From: Eubacteriales bacterium
Lineage (GTDB): Bacteria; Bacillota; Clostridia; Oscillospirales; CAG-382
Length of the DNA: 34,479 bases
Direction of reading: 5' to 3'
Assembly (NCBI GenBank): GCA_045642945.1
Contig: JAZUJV010000145.1
Coordinates: 1 to 34,479, forward strand
In this document: positions 31,033 through 34,479 of the stretch, piece by piece
Position numbering within the stretch: the stretch's first letter is position 1
Layout of the letters: each line of letters opens with the position of its first letter
The notes under the pieces: model-generated
The model's database searches: none
Told to the model about the DNA's origin: nothing
What the model saw: the letters and a program-made list of their open reading frames with translations, nothing else
Made by a program: the position numbers and the translations under genes

Positions 31033-33828
31033 ATGAAAAAGTTTTTGAGCGTTTTCCTTTCTCTTTTGACCGTTTTGACGGTTTTCGCGGCGTTTTCTTT
31101 TGAAAGCGCGCTCGCGGAGACCGTTATCACGAACGTCAACCCCGTCATCACCTGCGACGCGGGCGAAAAAATAGCCCTTTCGGGTTACACCGTCATATTC
31201 GACGGCGACACCTCCGCGACGAAGGTCGACAAATGGCAGCTCGACGGAAAAACCGTAACCGAGTTCACGCCCTCCGCAAAAGGCGTTACCAAGCTTACCG
31301 CCGTCGCGGGCGGCAAGCAGAAGACCGTCTACGTCGTCGCGAAGAACAAAACTGACGACGAATACGTTCTTTACGAGACCGATTTTTCGGAATTTTCGAC
31401 GCTTCAGGATATGAAGAACGCGGGCTGGAAGTTCCTTAACGCCGACAGCTATTATTCGATAAGCGGCGGCATCCTCAAAATAGGCAGCCAGAGCCACGAC
31501 TACGTTCGCGCCATCCTTCCTGAATGGCTCGGCGATTTCGGTCAGTACGCTATCACCACCGATATCAAAATGACCGAAGCGAAGGACAGCGGCAGATGGT
31601 TCGGCGTCGTTTACCGTATCCAGAACGCTAACGGCAATTATTATCCCTACTATCACATGTGCATCCGCTGCAACACCACGTCAAGTAACGGCATCGAGTT
31701 CGCCGAAAGGACAACGAGCAACAGCTGGAACGTCGCGACGACGACGGCGGGCGAAGTCGGCGATATGAAAAACGGCTTCCACACCGTAAAGGTCGAAGCT
31801 TTCGACACCGTCGTTAAATATTCGATGGACGACACCCAGCTTTTATACGTAACCAACTCGGTCATCGGTGCGAGCACCAAGGTTTACACCAAAGGTCAGC
31901 TCGGTATCACGATGAACTACGGCGTTACCGCCGTCGACAACATCAAGGTATGCGTTCAGAAGACCACTCCCGAAAGATATTCCGCACCGACCAATCTTAC
32001 GAACAACGAGCATCAGCAAATCTCTTTCCGCAACCCGATAGCTATCGTTGACACCGTCGCTTCCGCAAGCGAAGTCGAAAAGAGCATGGGCAACGCATAT
32101 ATTGAAGTAAACGGCAAGGACATGAACGATTTCCTTAAAAAATGCGTTGACGAAAATGTCCTCCCGAACTTCTACTGCAAGACGAACGCCGACGTTGACA
32201 AAGTTATCAGCGCGACGCTCAAAACCTCGACGAAAGACCTCTCGGTCATCTCTCCGAGCGCGAGCGTTCTCGCCTACGCGAAGAGCAAAAAGCCGCAGGC
32301 GAGGACCGGACTTGAGATAAATCTCACGAAAGACACGCTTTCTTCCGAAGAGGCGAACGAATACCGTCTCGCGATAAGAAAAGCGCCCGCCACCTTCTGC
32401 GTTATCTCCTCCGAGCACGCGACGCATCAGGTCGTCGCCGAATTGCAGGAGCTCGCCGTCGCGGTCTGGGTAAAGGTCGAAGCCGACGAGGGCGAAGACT
32501 TTATCGTTGAATCCGCGAAAGCGCTGAACTGCGGCGCGAACGGCGTTATCTGCTACGACGCGAAGGCGCTCGCCGACGTTATGAACACCTATTACGCTTC
32601 TACCGCCATGACGCGCGTTCCGATGGTCATTGGCCACCGCGGAAACCCGACTCAGGCGATGGAAAACTCGCTCGACAGCTATAGAAAAGCTTATGAGAAC
32701 GGCGCGGACGTTTTCGAAATCGACGTTTATATCACCAAGGACAAAGAAATCGTCATCATGCACGATAACACCATCACCCGCACCACCAACTACACGGGCT
32801 CGACGACTATCGCGAATATGACGCTTAAAGAGATAAAGAGCTATCGACTTCTTAACCTTGACGGCACGGTTTCGACTCAGGAAGTTCCGACGATGCGCGA
32901 GCTTTGTAAAGAATTCTGCGACAAAGACATAAGAATATTCGTCGAATTCAAATCCGGCACGAACGAAACCATTCAGAAAACTCTTGATATCGTCAAAGAG
33001 TTCGACATGGAAGACCGCATCGACGTTATCTCGTTCGGCGCGGACGCGCTCACCTACACCCAGCAGCAGATACCCGGTATGTCCACCGGCTACCTCTGCT
33101 CCGGCGGCAGCATCGCATCCGTCGAGGACGCGATAAACACCTTCTATTCCTACTGGACCACCGCGAACTCCGTCAAGAGCTCGGTCAACCCGAACGCGAC
33201 TAACCCCGACTTTATCCAGGTAGGTACCGACCGCGGCGTAACGATTTGGCCGTGGACCTTCACCTCCTCCAACAACAACAACGCGTTCCTTTCCGGCTGC
33301 GACGGTATCACCACCAACGATTGCCAGTGGTTCAAGAACATGTATAAATACGTCGTTGCTTCGAAAGACAGCGAAGATCTTGAGATCGGCGACACCTCCA
33401 AGACGACCGTCAAGGGCGAGATATTCCAGAGACAGATAAAGGACGTCGCTCCTTCGCGCGTCGTGGTTCTTAAAGGCGGCGAGCATATTACCGTAAGCGG
33501 CGCAAGCGTAAAGGGCAAGAGCGCGGGCGAAGCCGTAGTTATGTACGAATACAAAACGAAAACTTACGGCGGCACCGAATATACGCTTTATACCCAGCCC
33601 GTTACGATAACCGTCGTTGATTCCTCCGAGAAGACCGGCGATGTCGACGGCAACGGCAAGGTCGAATCAAAAGACTATCTTCTTCTTAAAAGGTACTGCC
33701 TTCGGACTCTTGATCTTACTGATAATCAGCTCCGCCGCGGTGATATTGATAAAAATAATAAAGTCGACGCGAAAGACTACGGGCTCTTGAAGCGCGCATG
33801 TCTTGGAACTTACACTATTGCCGACTGA
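31033..33828 (+). CDS. secreted multidomain protein: LamG/DUF1080-like domain, glycerophosphodiester phosphodiesterase (GDPD) domain, Ig-like domain and C-terminal dockerin
   Basis: The ATG at 31033 lies 6 nt after AAGGAG; the track start at 30802 reads through the repeat. It has a signal peptide (MKKFLSVFLSLLTVLTVFAAFSFESALA). The GDPD signature is VIGHRGNPTQAMENSLDSYRKAYENGADVFEIDVYITKDKEIVIMHD. The dockerin duplicated Ca-binding loops are GDVDGNGKVESKDY and GDIDKNNKVDAKDY. Confidence 0.88.
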   Translation: MKKFLSVFLSLLTVLTVFAAFSFESALAETVITNVNPVITCDAGEKIALSGYTVIFDGDTSATKVDKWQLDGKTVTEFTPSAKGVTKLTAVAGGKQKTVYVVAKNKTDDEYVLYETDFSEFSTLQDMKNAGWKFLNADSYYSISGGILKIGSQSHDYVRAILPEWLGDFGQYAITTDIKMTEAKDSGRWFGVVYRIQNANGNYYPYYHMCIRCNTTSSNGIEFAERTTSNSWNVATTTAGEVGDMKNGFHTVKVEAFDTVVKYSMDDTQLLYVTNSVIGASTKVYTKGQLGITMNYGVTAVDNIKVCVQKTTPERYSAPTNLTNNEHQQISFRNPIAIVDTVASASEVEKSMGNAYIEVNGKDMNDFLKKCVDENVLPNFYCKTNADVDKVISATLKTSTKDLSVISPSASVLAYAKSKKPQARTGLEINLTKDTLSSEEANEYRLAIRKAPATFCVISSEHATHQVVAELQELAVAVWVKVEADEGEDFIVESAKALNCGANGVICYDAKALADVMNTYYASTAMTRVPMVIGHRGNPTQAMENSLDSYRKAYENGADVFEIDVYITKDKEIVIMHDNTITRTTNYTGSTTIANMTLKEIKSYRLLNLDGTVSTQEVPTMRELCKEFCDKDIRIFVEFKSGTNETIQKTLDIVKEFDMEDRIDVISFGADALTYTQQQIPGMSTGYLCSGGSIASVEDAINTFYSYWTTANSVKSSVNPNATNPDFIQVGTDRGVTIWPWTFTSSNNNNAFLSGCDGITTNDCQWFKNMYKYVVASKDSEDLEIGDTSKTTVKGEIFQRQIKDVAPSRVVVLKGGEHITVSGASVKGKSAGEAVVMYEYKTKTYGGTEYTLYTQPVTITVVDSSEKTGDVDGNGKVESKDYLLLKRYCLRTLDLTDNQLRRGDIDKNNKVDAKDYGLLKRACLGTYTIAD

Positions 33829-33879
33829 GCGATGCGGCACAGACCGAACAAAAAATGCGGAAAAAATTAAAATTTAATT

Positions 33880-33909
33880 TTGTCATAACCGCAAGTATAT
33901 CCATATAAT
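33880..33909 (+). promoter_or_regulatory. candidate sigma-70 promoter with no ORF downstream
   Basis: TTGTCA (33880-33885), 18 nt of spacer, then TATAAT (33904-33909). A terminator follows about 65 nt downstream. Confidence 0.35.
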
Positions 33910-33974
33910 GAAAAAAGACCGCTTCGCGCTGTTTCTCATAAAGATAATTCAGCGTAAGGCCGTGCTTAGGGTTT

Positions 33975-34010
33975 GGACGGACAGTTTCGGCTGTCCGTCC
34001 TTTCCTTTTG
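33975..34010 (+). terminator. Rho-independent terminator
   Basis: GGACGGACAG (33975-33984) pairs with CTGTCCGTCC (33991-34000), followed by TTTCCTTTTG. A second hairpin, CGGAATCCG-N8-CGGATTCCG plus TTTCATCTTTT, follows. Confidence 0.65.
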
Positions 34011-34116
34011 CTCGGAATCCGTTATTAATCGGATTCCGTTTCATCTTTTCCTTTAGTTCAGTTCCTTTCTGACCTCGCCGCTGCTCTTCTTCTACCTGCG
34101 GTAGATATCTTCCGTC

Positions 34117-34145
34117 TTGAAGAAACCTCATCTTAGTGCTATAAT
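34117..34145 (+). promoter_or_regulatory. sigma-70 promoter with extended -10 for the XRE regulator gene
   Basis: TTGAAG (34117-34122), a 17-nt spacer ending in TGC, then TATAAT (34140-34145). It sits 27 nt upstream of the ATG at 34173. Confidence 0.55.
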
Positions 34146-34172
34146 ATAATCAGCAAGCAGACGGAGGATATT

Positions 34173-34479
34173 ATGAGAGACTATAGTTTTGGTAATTTTC
34201 TGCATGAGCTCAGAACGCGTAGAGGCCTTACGCAGTATCAGCTCGGCGCGCTCGTCGGCGTTTCTGACAAAGCGGTTTCAAAATGGGAGAACGGTTCTTC
34301 CAAACCGCAGAGCAATATTTTATATAAACTCAGCGAGGTTCTCGGAATCAGCGTTGACGAGCTTCTGACTTGCAAATATCATTCCTCTGAAAAGAAGGAT
34401 ATTAAAGGAGTATTTGCAATGAAAAAACAGCTATGGAACAAAGCCTTTGACGCTATGCGTGAACGGTATGGCAATCCTG
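34173..34479 (+). CDS. XRE-family helix-turn-helix transcriptional regulator (3' end outside the window)
   Basis: The ATG lies 6 nt after GGAGGA. MRDYSFGNFLHELRTRRGLTQYQLGALVGVSDKAVSKWENGSSKPQSNILYKLSEVLGISVDELL is a classic HTH_3 (Cro/C1) motif. The ORF stays open to the window edge and is absent from the ORF track because it has no stop. Confidence 0.8.
   Translation, partial: MRDYSFGNFLHELRTRRGLTQYQLGALVGVSDKAVSKWENGSSKPQSNILYKLSEVLGISVDELLTCKYHSSEKKDIKGVFAMKKQLWNKAFDAMRERYGNP

Noticed and set aside
31843-33486. 547-aa minus-strand ORF inside the GDPD-dockerin gene
   Set aside because: It lies entirely antisense to a gene with clear domain signatures. It has low-complexity V/G/R/D-rich composition, no RBS and no recognisable motif. 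This is a typical shadow ORF of a codon-biased gene.
33949-34131. 60-aa minus-strand ORF between the GDPD gene and the XRE gene
   Set aside because: No RBS. It overlaps two + strand terminator hairpins and the XRE promoter, and its composition is unremarkable.

Overview
Chromosomal window from a Gram-positive anaerobe. The gene content is Clostridia-like, and a dockerin-bearing secreted enzyme suggests a cellulosome-type Oscillospiraceae/Ruminococcus-like organism (inference only). All family names below come from motif recognition by eye; no searches were run.

Content, left to right:
1. A tight 6-gene + strand operon of small, mostly uncharacterised proteins: a toroid-repeat-like protein, a beta-propeller-like protein, a SAM methyltransferase, and Cys-rich DUF6144-like, DUF3788-like and TIGR04076-like proteins.
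2. A soluble hybrid histidine kinase with two receiver domains.
3. A stand-alone 55-aa ORF with a double-glycine-type leader.
4. A ~13 kb + strand c-di-GMP/exopolysaccharide island. It encodes a membrane GGDEF(degenerate)-EAL phosphodiesterase and a Gram-positive-type pelD-pelE-pelA(DA)-pelF-pelG set, translationally coupled to cotH, a VTC-domain gene and a DUF4956 gene.
5. Minus-strand genes: DUF896, a Cache/PAS hybrid histidine kinase, a cyclase-family hydrolase and a CopA P-type ATPase.
6. Two hypothetical genes plus a cysteine desulfurase.
7. A secreted LamG-like/GDPD/dockerin protein.
8. The 5' part of an XRE regulator.

The most unusual observations:
- (a) The CotH kinase-VTC-DUF4956 trio is fused to the end of the pel operon. 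This may be an extracytoplasmic phosphorylation or polyphosphate module for the matrix.
- (b) There are two related families of multi-hairpin array repeats. Their linkers are conserved while the stems are swapped but still pair. One family occurs as inverted copies bracketing the whole pel island. The other occurs as direct copies bracketing a 3-gene block.
- (c) The orphan double-glycine peptide gene sits between a hybrid kinase and the c-di-GMP island.

No rRNA, tRNA, CRISPR array, transposase or integrase is visible.
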